From: Candidatus Parvarchaeota archaeon
Lineage (GTDB): Archaea > Nanobdellota > Nanobdellia > WJKC01
DNA: 64,000 nt
Direction: 5' to 3'
Assembly: GCA_030615175.1 (NCBI GenBank)
Contig: JAUWZX010000001.1
Location: 524,044 to 588,043, forward strand
The stretch's first letter is position 1; every line of letters starts with the position of its first letter. This document shows, in pieces, positions 17,604 through 28,075 of the stretch. A program made the position numbers and the translations under genes. The notes under the pieces were generated by a model. It was not told where the DNA came from, made no database searches, and saw nothing but the letters and a program-made list of their open reading frames with translations.

Positions 17604-18098
17604 TTAATTTTTTATTGCAATGATTATTTTAAACTTGTTTCCAATAACTGAGGTCTTGAATTCATGCAGTAATTCATTGCTTGCATCATCCTCGAATAAT
17701 ACGGCGCCTTCTTTGAATAATAATTTTTTAATGTTATTAATCAGTGTTTTCTCTTTCCGTTCTTTTTTAGCCTTGCTCTTCTTCCTTAATGGCTCGCAGG
17801 CGTCTAATGCTATTATTAAGTCATACTTTCTTTTCACTGTTTTAAGCAGTGATTTTGAGTATATTATTTCATCATTAATGCAGTCAAGTCTTTTAACGAA
17901 TTCCTTGATGTAAGCATTAGTTCCTGACGCGTCAGTGCCGCAGCAAAGGTATAATGCTTGCGTTTGATTCCCATAGTATTCCTTTACTCTTGGCATTATC
18001 AGGCATAAGTTAGGGTTGAATTCATTTCCTTCTTTAATACTCAAGTCTGACTCCCTTGCCTTTAAATAAATCCTTTCTATTGATTCAATGAAGTTCAT
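17604..18098 (-). CDS. Hypothetical protein, possible degenerate SAM-methyltransferase fold
   Basis: ALYLCCGT and KYDLIIA resemble class I MTase motifs. Confidence 0.45.
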   Translation of the reverse strand: MNFIESIERIYLKARESDLSIKEGNEFNPNLCLIMPRVKEYYGNQTQALYLCCGTDASGTNAYIKEFVKRLDCINDEIIYSKSLLKTVKRKYDLIIALDACEPLRKKSKAKKERKEKTLINNIKKLLFKEGAVLFEDDASNELLHEFKTSVIGNKFKIIIAIKN

Positions 18099-18143
18099 TA
18101 GTTCTTATTTAGGATTTAGCAGCATTTATTTCTTACTAAAAAA

Positions 18144-18617
18144 TTAATCAAAGCATTTTATTATTGCTTTATTCTCTTTATCTGTTAATTCATAATTCTT
18201 TGACATTAAGTCGCCCATAATGTCTAATTCGTATTTCCCATCCACTTCTTTTAATATATTATTAAATAGGCTTTCAAGGCTTCTAATCTTCTGCGAGCCT
18301 GCCATGTCAAAAGGCCATGGAACGTGGATTACGTATCTTAATTCCAGTTTTGAGTATTTTCTTTTCCTGATTAATTTATTCACGTACTTCTCTCGTTTTT
18401 TCCATCCATCAAGCCTTTTAGGATAATTTTTAGCACGAATCCTGAAGTATGTTGCATTAAACCTGTTCTGGTAATTAATTATTCCATGTATTAATTCTTC
18501 TTTTGAGATTGATTTACCTGATTCGTAGGGGCATTTTAAGTCGAATAATTTTGATAAGAAGGATTCATGATTATGAAAGATTGTTACGTATTTAAGTTCC
18601 TGTTCTTCATTACTCAT
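18144..18617 (-). CDS. Hypothetical protein
   Basis: 157-aa ORF. Confidence 0.55.
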   Translation of the reverse strand: MSNEEQELKYVTIFHNHESFLSKLFDLKCPYESGKSISKEELIHGIINYQNRFNATYFRIRAKNYPKRLDGWKKREKYVNKLIRKRKYSKLELRYVIHVPWPFDMAGSQKIRSLESLFNNILKEVDGKYELDIMGDLMSKNYELTDKENKAIIKCFD

Positions 18618-18677
18618 TATTAAAATAGTTATTTATTGTCTTTTAAAAAGATTTATTTACTTGAAACTACAGAAACT

Positions 18678-19655
18678 TTAATTTGGGCTTGTGATTACAA
18701 ACGAATTTATTATATTGTCAAAAATCTCTTCGTACTCGCGATAAAACTCGTCTTGAGATGAGTATTTGAAAACGTAAGCTGTTCCATTGGCGAAAAAGAC
18801 TACCTGTCTCAGTTTCCAAGAAGGTGTTCCAGAGAGTATATCATACCCGCTTGTATTATTTACTGATATTGCAGTCTCATTTAAGATTGGTATACCAGAC
18901 CTATCTAATCCTTCAATGAATTCACTTTTAACCTCCTGCAAATCAGCGGCTGATTTTATTGTTAATTCAATTTCCACTGAAACGTATGCTCCTCCCGTAA
19001 TAGATATTTTCTTTTCGAAGGATACGACTTTCTTAATATTTTCATCTGGAAAATCTACACAATTATAATCTTCATAATAAAGTAATGGGTCGCATTGTTC
19101 AACATCTTTATCTACATTGATATAGAATTCCCAACCATCAGGGTACTCAAAACCATAGCCGAGTTCATCATCATAAACATACCCTTGGGTTGTTAACTCT
19201 CCTGATACTGGTTCTGTTGTTATGAATACGCATAATTCACATAATGGGAAACCTCTGATAGTTTCTTCACATGCTTCAGAAAAAGTTTGACTCCAAGACT
19301 CGCCCTGACAGAATTCTTCAATACTAAGAAAGTCAGATTTACTTTTTCCAACACAGTCTTCAGGGCAATTACATGGATTTTCAATGTCTTCACAAACCAT
19401 GTTCCCGCAATTTATGCAAGTTCCAATAGGAGAGCCAGCCAACAGACCGGTTTCATAACACTCATCTGCAATTGAAATACTTGTATCAAACCCGCTATCC
19501 CATTCAGTCAACCCCACGCAGCAGTGTTCAGGATATTCTGTATAAACTTGTGAAAATCGCTCGCCTTCCATTGCACATCCTTCTTCAAGCCCTTGACTAA
19601 CACACCCAACCATGCATGCCAGTCCTATTACTGCTATAATTGCTGCATACCTCAT
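18678..19655 (-). CDS. Predicted lipoprotein with Cys-rich region and PsbP-like C-terminal domain
   Basis: Lipobox-like MVGC, Cys-rich CGNMVCEDIENPCNCPEDC, GYGFEYPDGW...FDNIINSF. Confidence 0.7.
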   Translation of the reverse strand: MRYAAIIAVIGLACMVGCVSQGLEEGCAMEGERFSQVYTEYPEHCCVGLTEWDSGFDTSISIADECYETGLLAGSPIGTCINCGNMVCEDIENPCNCPEDCVGKSKSDFLSIEEFCQGESWSQTFSEACEETIRGFPLCELCVFITTEPVSGELTTQGYVYDDELGYGFEYPDGWEFYINVDKDVEQCDPLLYYEDYNCVDFPDENIKKVVSFEKKISITGGAYVSVEIELTIKSAADLQEVKSEFIEGLDRSGIPILNETAISVNNTSGYDILSGTPSWKLRQVVFFANGTAYVFKYSSQDEFYREYEEIFDNIINSFVITSPN

Positions 19656-19774
19656 GATTAATCACACACTCATTGAGTATTTAAATGATGTATTAACTCT
19701 TGTATACTATCAGTTAATTACTCAATCTTGGACTAGACCGTTACATTTATTTCTTACTATCATATATAATTATT

Positions 19775-20209
19775 ATGCCTTTATGGGATTTTTTTGATGA
19801 AATGGAGAGGAGAAGGAAGCAGTATAATAAATTATTCGAGAAATTTGGAGTTAGGCCCTTAATGATTGAAGGGTTCAGGAAGCCGTTAACTGATGTTCAG
19901 GAGACTGGCACGTCAATAATTGCTGACATGGAGTTGCCTGGAGTCAGTAAGAAGGATATTGAGATTAACGTTATGGAGAATGAGTTAGAGGTTAAGTCAA
20001 CTTCCAAGACTGTTAAGGAAGTTAAGAAAAAAGGTTATTATAGAAGAGAGAGGGGTTATCAGGGTTTTTACACTCGCTTTTCCCTGCCAGCAAAAGTTAT
20101 TCCTAACAAGGCAAAAGCAGAGTTTAAGGATGGAGTGTTAACTATTAAAATCCCCAAGGTTGCAGTGAAAATGAAGGTGAAGAAGAAAGTTAAGTTGGAG
20201 ATTAAATGA
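19775..20209 (+). CDS. Small heat shock protein (Hsp20)
   Basis: PLTDV, ELPGVSKKDI, AEFKDGVLTIKIPK. Confidence 0.95.
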   Translation: MPLWDFFDEMERRRKQYNKLFEKFGVRPLMIEGFRKPLTDVQETGTSIIADMELPGVSKKDIEINVMENELEVKSTSKTVKEVKKKGYYRRERGYQGFYTRFSLPAKVIPNKAKAEFKDGVLTIKIPKVAVKMKVKKKVKLEIK

Positions 20210-20246
20210 TATCTATTTAAATCTTCATTTCATCCTGTTATTTTAA

Positions 20247-20999
20247 ATGTTTGTTGACGTTCACGCGCACTTAACTCATGAAAAATTCATCACTGACTTG
20301 CCTAACGTTATTAAGCGCGCTGAAGACATGATTATTGTCTGCGCTGGCTCAGGTCACAGGGATAATCAGAGGGTGTTAAGGCTTGCCGAGAAGCATGATA
20401 ACGTGCTCGCGAGTTTAGGCCTGTACCCTTGGGATGCAGTTTCATTAACTGACGGGGAGACTGAATTCTGCATTGACCATATAAGGAGTAATGCTGACAG
20501 GATTATTTGTATTGGAGAGATTGGTCTTGATTATCACTGGGGTAAAGGTAAGGATGACTTATCTAAGCAGGAGTGGGTTTTTAGTAAATTGCTTGAATTA
20601 TCGCTTGAAATTAACAAGCCAGTCCTCGTTCACTGCAGGGATGCTGAGCATGATGTTCTGGAAGTTTTAAGAACTTTTGAAGGCAGAGCAGTTATTCACT
20701 GCTATACTGGTCCATTAAGCCTTGTTGATGAATTCCTCAGCATGGGTTATTACTTCAGCATCCCCTCATTAGTTACTAAAAGCAAATCCTTCAGGAAACT
20801 TGTTAGGAAGATTCCTGTTAACAGACTGCTCACTGAAACTGATTCCCCTTACATGCCTTTAATTACCGGCGGACGCAACGAGCCTTCAAGCGTTAAGCAT
20901 GGCATCAGCAAGATTGCTGAAATTAAAGAATTAAAAACCGTTGAGGTGGAGGAGAAGATTTTTAATAACTTTAGCAGGGTATTCAATTTTAAAAAATGA
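20247..20999 (+). CDS. tatD: TatD-family hydrolase
   Basis: DVHAH, IGEIGLDY, VHCRDA, LTETDSPY. Confidence 0.93.
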   Translation: MFVDVHAHLTHEKFITDLPNVIKRAEDMIIVCAGSGHRDNQRVLRLAEKHDNVLASLGLYPWDAVSLTDGETEFCIDHIRSNADRIICIGEIGLDYHWGKGKDDLSKQEWVFSKLLELSLEINKPVLVHCRDAEHDVLEVLRTFEGRAVIHCYTGPLSLVDEFLSMGYYFSIPSLVTKSKSFRKLVRKIPVNRLLTETDSPYMPLITGGRNEPSSVKHGISKIAEIKELKTVEVEEKIFNNFSRVFNFKK

Positions 21000-21000
21000 A

Positions 21001-21288
21001 TTATCTTTTAATTTTTCCTGAATAAAAACAACATGTTTCAAAGTCCTTCATGCAGTATAATTGCAGTTCTATCAAACCAACATGCCTTTGATATATTGGA
21101 TTAAACGGTGCTGGTTTCATATTATTTGTTGCAGGATTATTTAATCCGCAATAATAGAAGAATTCTTCTTGTTTTTTTAAACAAGGGCATTTAATTTCCA
21201 AGTACTTCTCTAAATTCGAGATTATTATTCTTTCTTCTGGTAAAATTATGTCATCAAAAGTTTTAATATTTGCCCACGTTTTTTTCAT
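21001..21288 (-). CDS. Cys-rich hypothetical protein
   Basis: 95-aa ORF with six Cys. Confidence 0.55.
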   Translation of the reverse strand: MKKTWANIKTFDDIILPEERIIISNLEKYLEIKCPCLKKQEEFFYYCGLNNPATNNMKPAPFNPIYQRHVGLIELQLYCMKDFETCCFYSGKIKR

Positions 21289-21379
21289 TGCAAGATTCTT
21301 TTTAAAACCAGGATATTTAAATCTTTCTGTTTAATTGTTTAAAAGAATTTTTAAGTTAACCAAGCCTTAGTTTATTCTA

Positions 21380-23395
21380 ATGAGGAAGTCATTATTATTA
21401 TTCTTAATATTCTCAATTGCTCAGGCCGTGCCAGGTGATGCTGGCTCGTTATTAATGGATTATGGTGCGTGGAATAACATTAGTATTGAGCACTTAACTA
21501 TTGGTGCTGGACTGATTAATTTAACTCAGGAGATTTACTTGTACGCGCAGGATGTTGAATACGTTAAAAGTGATTTCTCATACTTTAATGTGACAACATC
21601 AAGTGAGGGAGGTTACTTCACTTACATTCATGAAGGGGATGCGGATTCACTGTACTGGGATTTTAATGCAAGGATTTTGAAGAACAGGACTGTAATGAGG
21701 CTCAGTGAGGCTTCAGGATTCCCTTTAAGCCCTGAATTAATCCCTGAGGAAGTTAAGGATTATTTAGAGTTCAGCGAGTACATTGATTATGACCCGTTAA
21801 TTATTGATAAGGCTAATGAATTAGTTGAAGGAGTGAGTGGTTTACTGAAAGCAGTTATGAACTTAGCTGAGTGGGTGGCTAATAATATTGAGTACACGCC
21901 CACAATGCTTTACTTGAATGGCACTCAGAAGGCAAGCTTTGTTTATGATACAGGGAAGGGTGTTTGCGATGAGTTAAGCGTTTTATTCATGAGTATGGCC
22001 AGGAGCGTTGGCATTCCCGTAAGGTACTCTAATGGTTATGCTTATACTAATTTATGCAATGACTTCGGCAGTCATGCATGGGTTGAAGTATGGCTTCCAA
22101 GTAATGAGTGGATGCCTGTGGATTTAACTTACGACCAGTTCGGCTGGCTTGACCCTTATCATATTAAGATGTATGGAGGGGTTAATCTTACGAGGAGTTT
22201 CATTAACACTAAATTATTCTCTGTTGATCAGAGCAGTTTAGTAATAAGTAATGAGTTGCCTGAATTCCTGAGTGATTCATTAAGCACTTGCTCTGAAGGA
22301 TTCATCACTGTTATAGATGAGACTCCTGAATCAGTTGAATTCACTGGCAGCCTGTCATTAAGCAAGGCTGTTGCAGGCGAGGATGATTACGCTTTACTAA
22401 CCCTTAGTGTTTATAATCCAACTAATTATTACATTCCATTATCCTATCAGGTTATCACGACTCAGAACATGAGTTTTGTTAGCGGTTACATGGTGAATGC
22501 AGTGATTCTTAAGCCGAATAATTACACAGTTGATTACGTGATTCTTAAGACACCTGTCCTGGGTAATTCAGTGTCACACCCGATTACTGTTAAGCTGCCT
22601 GGCATGGAGGAGTTGAACATTTCATTAAGCGTTGACCCTTCATTTAAGCAGAGGACTAGTCTTGAGGAGTTAGAGCTTCAGATTGCAAGCGAGGAGAGCG
22701 TGGTAACTGATTTAAGGGTTACGAGTGTTGCCGTGAACCCGGTCATTTCATATAATAATAGTGCTAGTTTAAGATTTAGTGTCAGGAATATGGGCACCAA
22801 GGTTCTTGAAGACGTCAGCATTAACATTGTTTCAAGCCTGATTAACCCGTTGAACCTGACAATTCCCCGCGTCAGGATTAATGAGGAGGTCAGCGTTGAC
22901 GTGGAGTTAGCTTCAATTGTTGATTATGGTGAGGATTTAGTCATGGTTTACGCATCCATTAATAATCAGACAACTGATAATTCCACTGAATTAGTTTTCG
23001 CTAAGAAGCCTGGCTTAATTGTTTCGTATAAGGGTCCTGTAGAGTTTAAGTCAACTGATGCCTTAACATTTCAATTATTATTTAATAAGACTGATAGGAT
23101 TACGGTTTCAGGGATTGATTTAATGATTAGTACTGGTTCATGGAGTAATAATTATTCTTTTGAAATGTTTTATGATGTAATAACTATTAATGCATCAATT
23201 GATGTTATAGGATTTGGCAATGACACTTTTGATTTCGTCATTGATTATTATGATGCTTACGGAACTAAGTTCACTAAGCATTTAACTCAGGGTGTTGTGA
23301 AGACTGGTGAGTGGTGGGAGTTAATTATTAACTGGTTTATTGAATTATTTAATTCAATTATTAATTTCGTTTCAGGATTTCAGTCCCGTGCGTGA
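21380..23395 (+). CDS. Secreted transglutaminase-like domain protein
   Basis: Signal peptide; catalytic triad motifs GVCDELS, HAWVEV, PVDLT. Confidence 0.88.
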   Translation: MRKSLLLFLIFSIAQAVPGDAGSLLMDYGAWNNISIEHLTIGAGLINLTQEIYLYAQDVEYVKSDFSYFNVTTSSEGGYFTYIHEGDADSLYWDFNARILKNRTVMRLSEASGFPLSPELIPEEVKDYLEFSEYIDYDPLIIDKANELVEGVSGLLKAVMNLAEWVANNIEYTPTMLYLNGTQKASFVYDTGKGVCDELSVLFMSMARSVGIPVRYSNGYAYTNLCNDFGSHAWVEVWLPSNEWMPVDLTYDQFGWLDPYHIKMYGGVNLTRSFINTKLFSVDQSSLVISNELPEFLSDSLSTCSEGFITVIDETPESVEFTGSLSLSKAVAGEDDYALLTLSVYNPTNYYIPLSYQVITTQNMSFVSGYMVNAVILKPNNYTVDYVILKTPVLGNSVSHPITVKLPGMEELNISLSVDPSFKQRTSLEELELQIASEESVVTDLRVTSVAVNPVISYNNSASLRFSVRNMGTKVLEDVSINIVSSLINPLNLTIPRVRINEEVSVDVELASIVDYGEDLVMVYASINNQTTDNSTELVFAKKPGLIVSYKGPVEFKSTDALTFQLLFNKTDRITVSGIDLMISTGSWSNNYSFEMFYDVITINASIDVIGFGNDTFDFVIDYYDAYGTKFTKHLTQGVVKTGEWWELIINWFIELFNSIINFVSGFQSRA

Positions 23396-24089
23396 TGATT
23401 GAGCGGATGTTAATGTTAAATAAGTCAATGAAGCTTGTCACAGTCACTCTTATTATTACTATGTAAATGAAGGCGTTAGTGAATCCTATTATGCCTGGCT
23501 GTAGTTTTACTCTTCCAAAAGCAATTAATGAAATAATCAGTGTTATGAATGAGGTTAGTAAGTACGCTTTAATCGCTATTGATTTATTATTAATTATTAA
23601 TTTAACACTGTTCTTTAATGCTTTTATAGGGCTTAAGTTATGTATTACTGCGCTAGGGTATAATAGGTATTGCGGTATTCCGAATGATGCTTCAATGAAT
23701 ATTATTATTACTGCCGCGATTAATGGAGTGAAGAAATTATAGACTTGCATGTTAATTAAGTAATTAGGTATTGCGATTACAGTCATTAATAGTAATGTCT
23801 TAATTATTAGTAAGTAATTCTTCTTTACCTGCTTAAAGCTTTGATTAAAAGTTGTTTTAAAGGCTGCGTTATGCATTAATGCACCTCTAGTTAGCGGGTC
23901 GTAAATGAATAGTATCACGCATATAACTAGTAAGGCGATTAATCCTCCTCCAATGTTTAAGTCATTATTAAGCCATAATAGGAAGTTATTCACGAACGCG
24001 AGCACCATTAAGTATTCTAATAATATGATTGCGTACTTCTTCAGGGTGATTTCTTTAAAACCTTTATTAAAGACTTCTTTAATCTTCAT
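23361..24089 (-). CDS. Multi-pass membrane protein
   Basis: About 6 TM helices. Confidence 0.7.
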   Translation of the reverse strand: MKIKEVFNKGFKEITLKKYAIILLEYLMVLAFVNNFLLWLNNDLNIGGGLIALLVICVILFIYDPLTRGALMHNAAFKTTFNQSFKQVKKNYLLIIKTLLLMTVIAIPNYLINMQVYNFFTPLIAAVIIIFIEASFGIPQYLLYPSAVIHNLSPIKALKNSVKLIINNKSIAIKAYLLTSFITLIISLIAFGRVKLQPGIIGFTNAFIYIVIIRVTVTSFIDLFNINIRSIITHGTEILKRN

Positions 24090-24129
24090 TAAATAAACTT
24101 TAATAAAACATGATTATTTAATCTTTATC

Positions 24130-25038
24130 ATGAAGGTGTTATTTTTAGGTACGAGTTGCATGTTCCCGACCAGGGATAGGAGTCAGCCAGCCGTGCTCGT
24201 AATCAGGGGGGGTGATTACTTGTTGTTTGATTGCGGTGAAGGAGTTCAGCGCCAGTTAAGGATTGCCGGCGTTAGCCCGATGAAGATTAACCGGGTGTTC
24301 ATTACTCACTGGCATGGAGACCACTCATTAGGGCTTCCTGGAATGATTCAGTCAATGGCTGGTAATAAGAGGCAGTCAATGCTTCACGTTTACGGTCCTG
24401 AAGGGTCTGAGAGGAGGGTTTTAAGTCTTATCTCGGCTTTTGATTTCGGCAAGGATTATGATATTAAGGTTCATGAGATTAAATTAAGGCCAGGCAGGAA
24501 GAAAGTGGTTTTGAAGACTAAGGATTTCACTGTAAGTGCTTTAGGGCTTAAGCATGGCAGGATGACGCTTGGTTATTCAGTTAAGGAGCGTGATTCTCTT
24601 AGGATTAATTTAGATTACACTAAGAAGTTTGGTTTAACCAGGCACCCGTTGCTCGGAGAGCTTCAGAAGGGCAGGGACATTACTTATAAGGGCAGGAAAA
24701 TCAAGGTTAAGGACGCGACTTACTTGAAGAAAGGTAAGAAGGTTTCATACCTTACTGATACTCTTTACTTTAAAGGTGTTGAAGAATTAGTTATGGATTC
24801 TGATTTATTAATATGCGAGGCAACTTATGATTCAGGCATGGAGGTTAAAGCAGTTGATTATGAGCACTTAACTGCTAGGCAGGCCGGGTTAATTGCCAGG
24901 GATTCTAATTCCAGGAAGCTTGTGTTAACTCATTTCAGCCAGCGGTATGATAACGTGAAGCAGTTAATTCGTGAGGCTGGGAGGGAGTTCAAGGAAGTCG
25001 TTGGAGCTGAGGATTTTCTTATGCTGGTATTGCGCTAA
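24130..25038 (+). CDS. rnz: Ribonuclease Z
   Basis: FLGTS, DCGEG, HWHGDH, CEATY, LTHFSQRY. Confidence 0.96.
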   Translation: MKVLFLGTSCMFPTRDRSQPAVLVIRGGDYLLFDCGEGVQRQLRIAGVSPMKINRVFITHWHGDHSLGLPGMIQSMAGNKRQSMLHVYGPEGSERRVLSLISAFDFGKDYDIKVHEIKLRPGRKKVVLKTKDFTVSALGLKHGRMTLGYSVKERDSLRINLDYTKKFGLTRHPLLGELQKGRDITYKGRKIKVKDATYLKKGKKVSYLTDTLYFKGVEELVMDSDLLICEATYDSGMEVKAVDYEHLTARQAGLIARDSNSRKLVLTHFSQRYDNVKQLIREAGREFKEVVGAEDFLMLVLR

Positions 25039-25657
25039 TAATTGCTGGCAGTATTATCATGACTTTCATGACTTCCATTATCGGGTTAATCTTTATTTTC
25101 TGTTCAGTCACCCAAGTGATTATTTCTTCACTGCTTGCTTCGCCTGTTAATACTTGAGGTGCAATGCTTTGGTCCATTTGAATGATTACATTGTATTCAT
25201 CCATTGTTTTGCCTGATTCAAATGTTGTTATGTTACCGCTAGTTGTGCCGACACTCCACTCGAATACTTTGAATGTTAAATTGCCTTGAGTGTAAATGCT
25301 GAATAAGTAAATTGAGTAACTCTCGCCTAAATTAATTCTCAGGTTCTCTGTTAATTCAGGATTGCTGTTAACTGCTTCTTCTAATTGCAGTTGAATGCCT
25401 CTGAAGGTTTCATCCATTTCAGTTTTCTGTTCTACGAGAAGAGTGTAATTTTCTTCTCCTATTTCTTCTCTTAATTCTTCACTAAAGCTTACTGCTTCTT
25501 CAAACGTTACTACTGACTCACTCGCTATTGCAAACAAGTCGAATAATCCTATTCCCAGATTCTGTCTTAGTAAGTAGTCAGCAACTAACCCGCTAACCAC
25601 CATGACTCCAATGATTATTCCAACAACTATGAGGATTATCTTAAGATTCTTTTCCAT
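25019..25657 (-). CDS. Membrane-anchored hypothetical protein
   Basis: N-terminal TM, acidic soluble domain. Confidence 0.6.
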   Translation of the reverse strand: MEKNLKIILIVVGIIIGVMVVSGLVADYLLRQNLGIGLFDLFAIASESVVTFEEAVSFSEELREEIGEENYTLLVEQKTEMDETFRGIQLQLEEAVNSNPELTENLRINLGESYSIYLFSIYTQGNLTFKVFEWSVGTTSGNITTFESGKTMDEYNVIIQMDQSIAPQVLTGEASSEEIITWVTEQKIKINPIMEVMKVMIILPAIISAIPA

Positions 25658-25709
25658 TAATTAATAATTAAATCCTTTAGTGAATAAATATGTTTTGAAA
25701 TAAATTCTT

Positions 25710-26948
25710 TTAAATAGGTGTTTTATGACCCCATGACTTTAATGCTGTTCTTAGTTCTTCATGCTTCTTTGCGTGTTCAGTGACGCTTTCTCCTTGCATG
25801 TACGCGTTTATTGCCTGTCTTAATGCTTTTGCCCCGTTCACAGTGCCTCCGGGGTGCCCTAGCACGCCTCCGCCTGCTTGAATCACTATGTCTGTTGATA
25901 GTAAATTCATTAGCCTGTGTGTTATTCCCGGGTGCAGTCCTCCTGAGCAGACTCCAAACACTCTTTTTACGTTATCTAATTCCTGCATGCACTTGTCGTA
26001 ATTATCTTTTACTTCCTTCTTTCCTCCTGCTAACTTGCCTAAGCCGCCGATATGCAGTTGGTCTGCTCCTTGTATTCTTGCTATCCCTGCCAGCACTTTC
26101 ATTGTGACTCCGTGATTAGGGTTGCGGTCGAATGCTGCGTGGAATGCTCTGTGAGCGTGAATAGCGAGTCCTAACTCTCCGCATACATTTCTTATTGTCT
26201 GCACTCCTGCCCACCCGACAGTGAGTATGTCTATCATTACGTATTCATTCCCGTATTCTTTCACTAGCCTTGCTCTTCTTTTCATTTCATCAGTTTCTGC
26301 TGTGATATTTATTAAGTAACTTTTGCGTTCTCCGGTCTTCTTTTCTGCTTTGCCGCGCATCTTCATTGATAATTTCAGCCTTTTCTCAAACCTGTTAAAC
26401 TTCTGGTTGCTTAAGTTCTCATCATCTTTTACTAGGTCCACTCCGCCTGTCCATATATCATATGCATGCTTTGCATGTTCTTCCGGGTAAAATCCTACTT
26501 TTGGTTTGAGCACTGTTGCCGTTATTGGCCTATTCTTTATTTTCAGTATTTTCCTAATGCCTTTAATCCCGTATTGCGGTCCTTTGAATGATTTTATTAT
26601 ATTCTTCGGCCACTTGATGTCCATTAATCGCAGTCCATTCACTGCTTTCATGCCGAAAATATTGCCTGCTATTGAACTAATGATTTGAGGCATGTTCCCT
26701 TCCTCGAATAATTCGTTAGGGTATGAAATTTTAACGTAATCGCCTTTAATGTCAAATACCTTGGCGCTTAAAGCCTTGATATGGCTTGGAATCCTTAGTG
26801 CAGTCCACGTGCCGTTACTGCTTTCAGCTGCTACTCGTGAAGCTGCTTCCTTAATGCTTATTCCTTTTGCTGGTTTAATCTTGAATAAGCAGATTAATTC
26901 ATTATCAGATGGTTTGTAGTTAATCTTTATGAAATCCTTGTATTCCAT
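25710..26948 (-). CDS. rbcL: Form III ribulose-1,5-bisphosphate carboxylase
   Basis: AAESSNGTW, KPK, GGVDLVKDDENL, HAHRAFH, GKL loop 6, SGG, QAGGG. Confidence 0.95.
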   Translation of the reverse strand: MEYKDFIKINYKPSDNELICLFKIKPAKGISIKEAASRVAAESSNGTWTALRIPSHIKALSAKVFDIKGDYVKISYPNELFEEGNMPQIISSIAGNIFGMKAVNGLRLMDIKWPKNIIKSFKGPQYGIKGIRKILKIKNRPITATVLKPKVGFYPEEHAKHAYDIWTGGVDLVKDDENLSNQKFNRFEKRLKLSMKMRGKAEKKTGERKSYLINITAETDEMKRRARLVKEYGNEYVMIDILTVGWAGVQTIRNVCGELGLAIHAHRAFHAAFDRNPNHGVTMKVLAGIARIQGADQLHIGGLGKLAGGKKEVKDNYDKCMQELDNVKRVFGVCSGGLHPGITHRLMNLLSTDIVIQAGGGVLGHPGGTVNGAKALRQAINAYMQGESVTEHAKKHEELRTALKSWGHKTPI

Positions 26949-26991
26949 TAATTAAATTATTAATTGACTCGTGTATAAAAAGATTTATTAA

Positions 26992-27561
26992 ATGATTAAT
27001 TGTCTTTACTTCCTCATGGTTCGTACTCTTGCTGTAAGGGCTGAGTGGGTTGGTAAGGTGTTTAATTTGGGTGTTTACATTAATCTTATTAAGAGTCTGG
27101 TTAAGTGTAAAATTGATTCTGGTGATGAGTTAATGACTGGTAATCCTTTTTATGTTTGGTGGGCTGTTGCTGCTGGTTACTTGGATAGTCATGGAGTGGA
27201 GTTCAGTGGTGAGGTGCCTGGGAGGATTAATTATTCTTTGTTCAGTAGTGTTAAGGGGATAAGTCATGGTGGCAGGTTGGGGAAGGCGTTTTTTGATTTA
27301 TTAAATCCTTTTGAATTTTATGAAAGCGAGTTTGAGTATAATTATTTGAGGCTTGAGCGTCCTGCCAGCAGAGCGTTTAATATTAAGTCGCTTGATATTC
27401 CATTAATGCCTGATGTTTATCTTGGAATGCTTGAAAAACATTTAATCCCTGATGACATGGTTTCATTAAATCCTGATGAATTAATGGTTTTGGATGGGAT
27501 AGCGTGTAATTCAGTTAAGTATATTAATCAGGTTATTGAGTTTGAGAGTAATCATCCTTGA
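26992..27561 (+). CDS. Hypothetical protein
   Basis: Long ORF; start may be the second Met. Confidence 0.55.
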   Translation: MINCLYFLMVRTLAVRAEWVGKVFNLGVYINLIKSLVKCKIDSGDELMTGNPFYVWWAVAAGYLDSHGVEFSGEVPGRINYSLFSSVKGISHGGRLGKAFFDLLNPFEFYESEFEYNYLRLERPASRAFNIKSLDIPLMPDVYLGMLEKHLIPDDMVSLNPDELMVLDGIACNSVKYINQVIEFESNHP

Positions 27562-28019
27562 TTTTTTAATTCTTTAATGATTTCTTTGTTTAGTGCGTAA
27601 AGTTTTTCATTAATCATGAGTCCTTTAATTTCTTTAAATATTGAGTAGCATGGTTTCTTTGAGTCTTTACTGACTGGATTGTAGTCGTCTTTGCAGATGA
27701 ATGGTCTTTTATCTTCTTCTCCTTCTGCTGGGTATATGGAGCAGTACATGGTGTTTATCATTTTTTGTTCTTCATTAATTTTAATGTCAAGCAGTGAGCA
27801 TGGATTTAACGTTTTCTCTTTTCCTTTATGGTATTGAACGTTTAGAGTGACTTCTTTGTTTAGTTTGATGTGGTATTGATTGTTTCTTTTTATTAATTTT
27901 TCTTCATGTTCTTTGATGAATTCCTTGTTTGTTATATTATTTAAGAAGTAATCGTATTTAGTGCTGAAGAAGCAGCATAAACCGCATTTCCCCGCCTCGC
28001 ATAAGTCCTTTAACGTCAT
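27552..28019 (-). CDS. YkgJ-like cysteine-cluster protein
   Basis: CxxxxCGLCC, PCSLL, CSIY...RPFIC. Confidence 0.7.
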   Translation of the reverse strand: MTLKDLCEAGKCGLCCFFSTKYDYFLNNITNKEFIKEHEEKLIKRNNQYHIKLNKEVTLNVQYHKGKEKTLNPCSLLDIKINEEQKMINTMYCSIYPAEGEEDKRPFICKDDYNPVSKDSKKPCYSIFKEIKGLMINEKLYALNKEIIKELKNQG

Positions 28020-28075
28020 TAGGATTACTAATTATTATTAAGGACTTTTAAAGCTTTCTATTTTTTGCCTTTATT

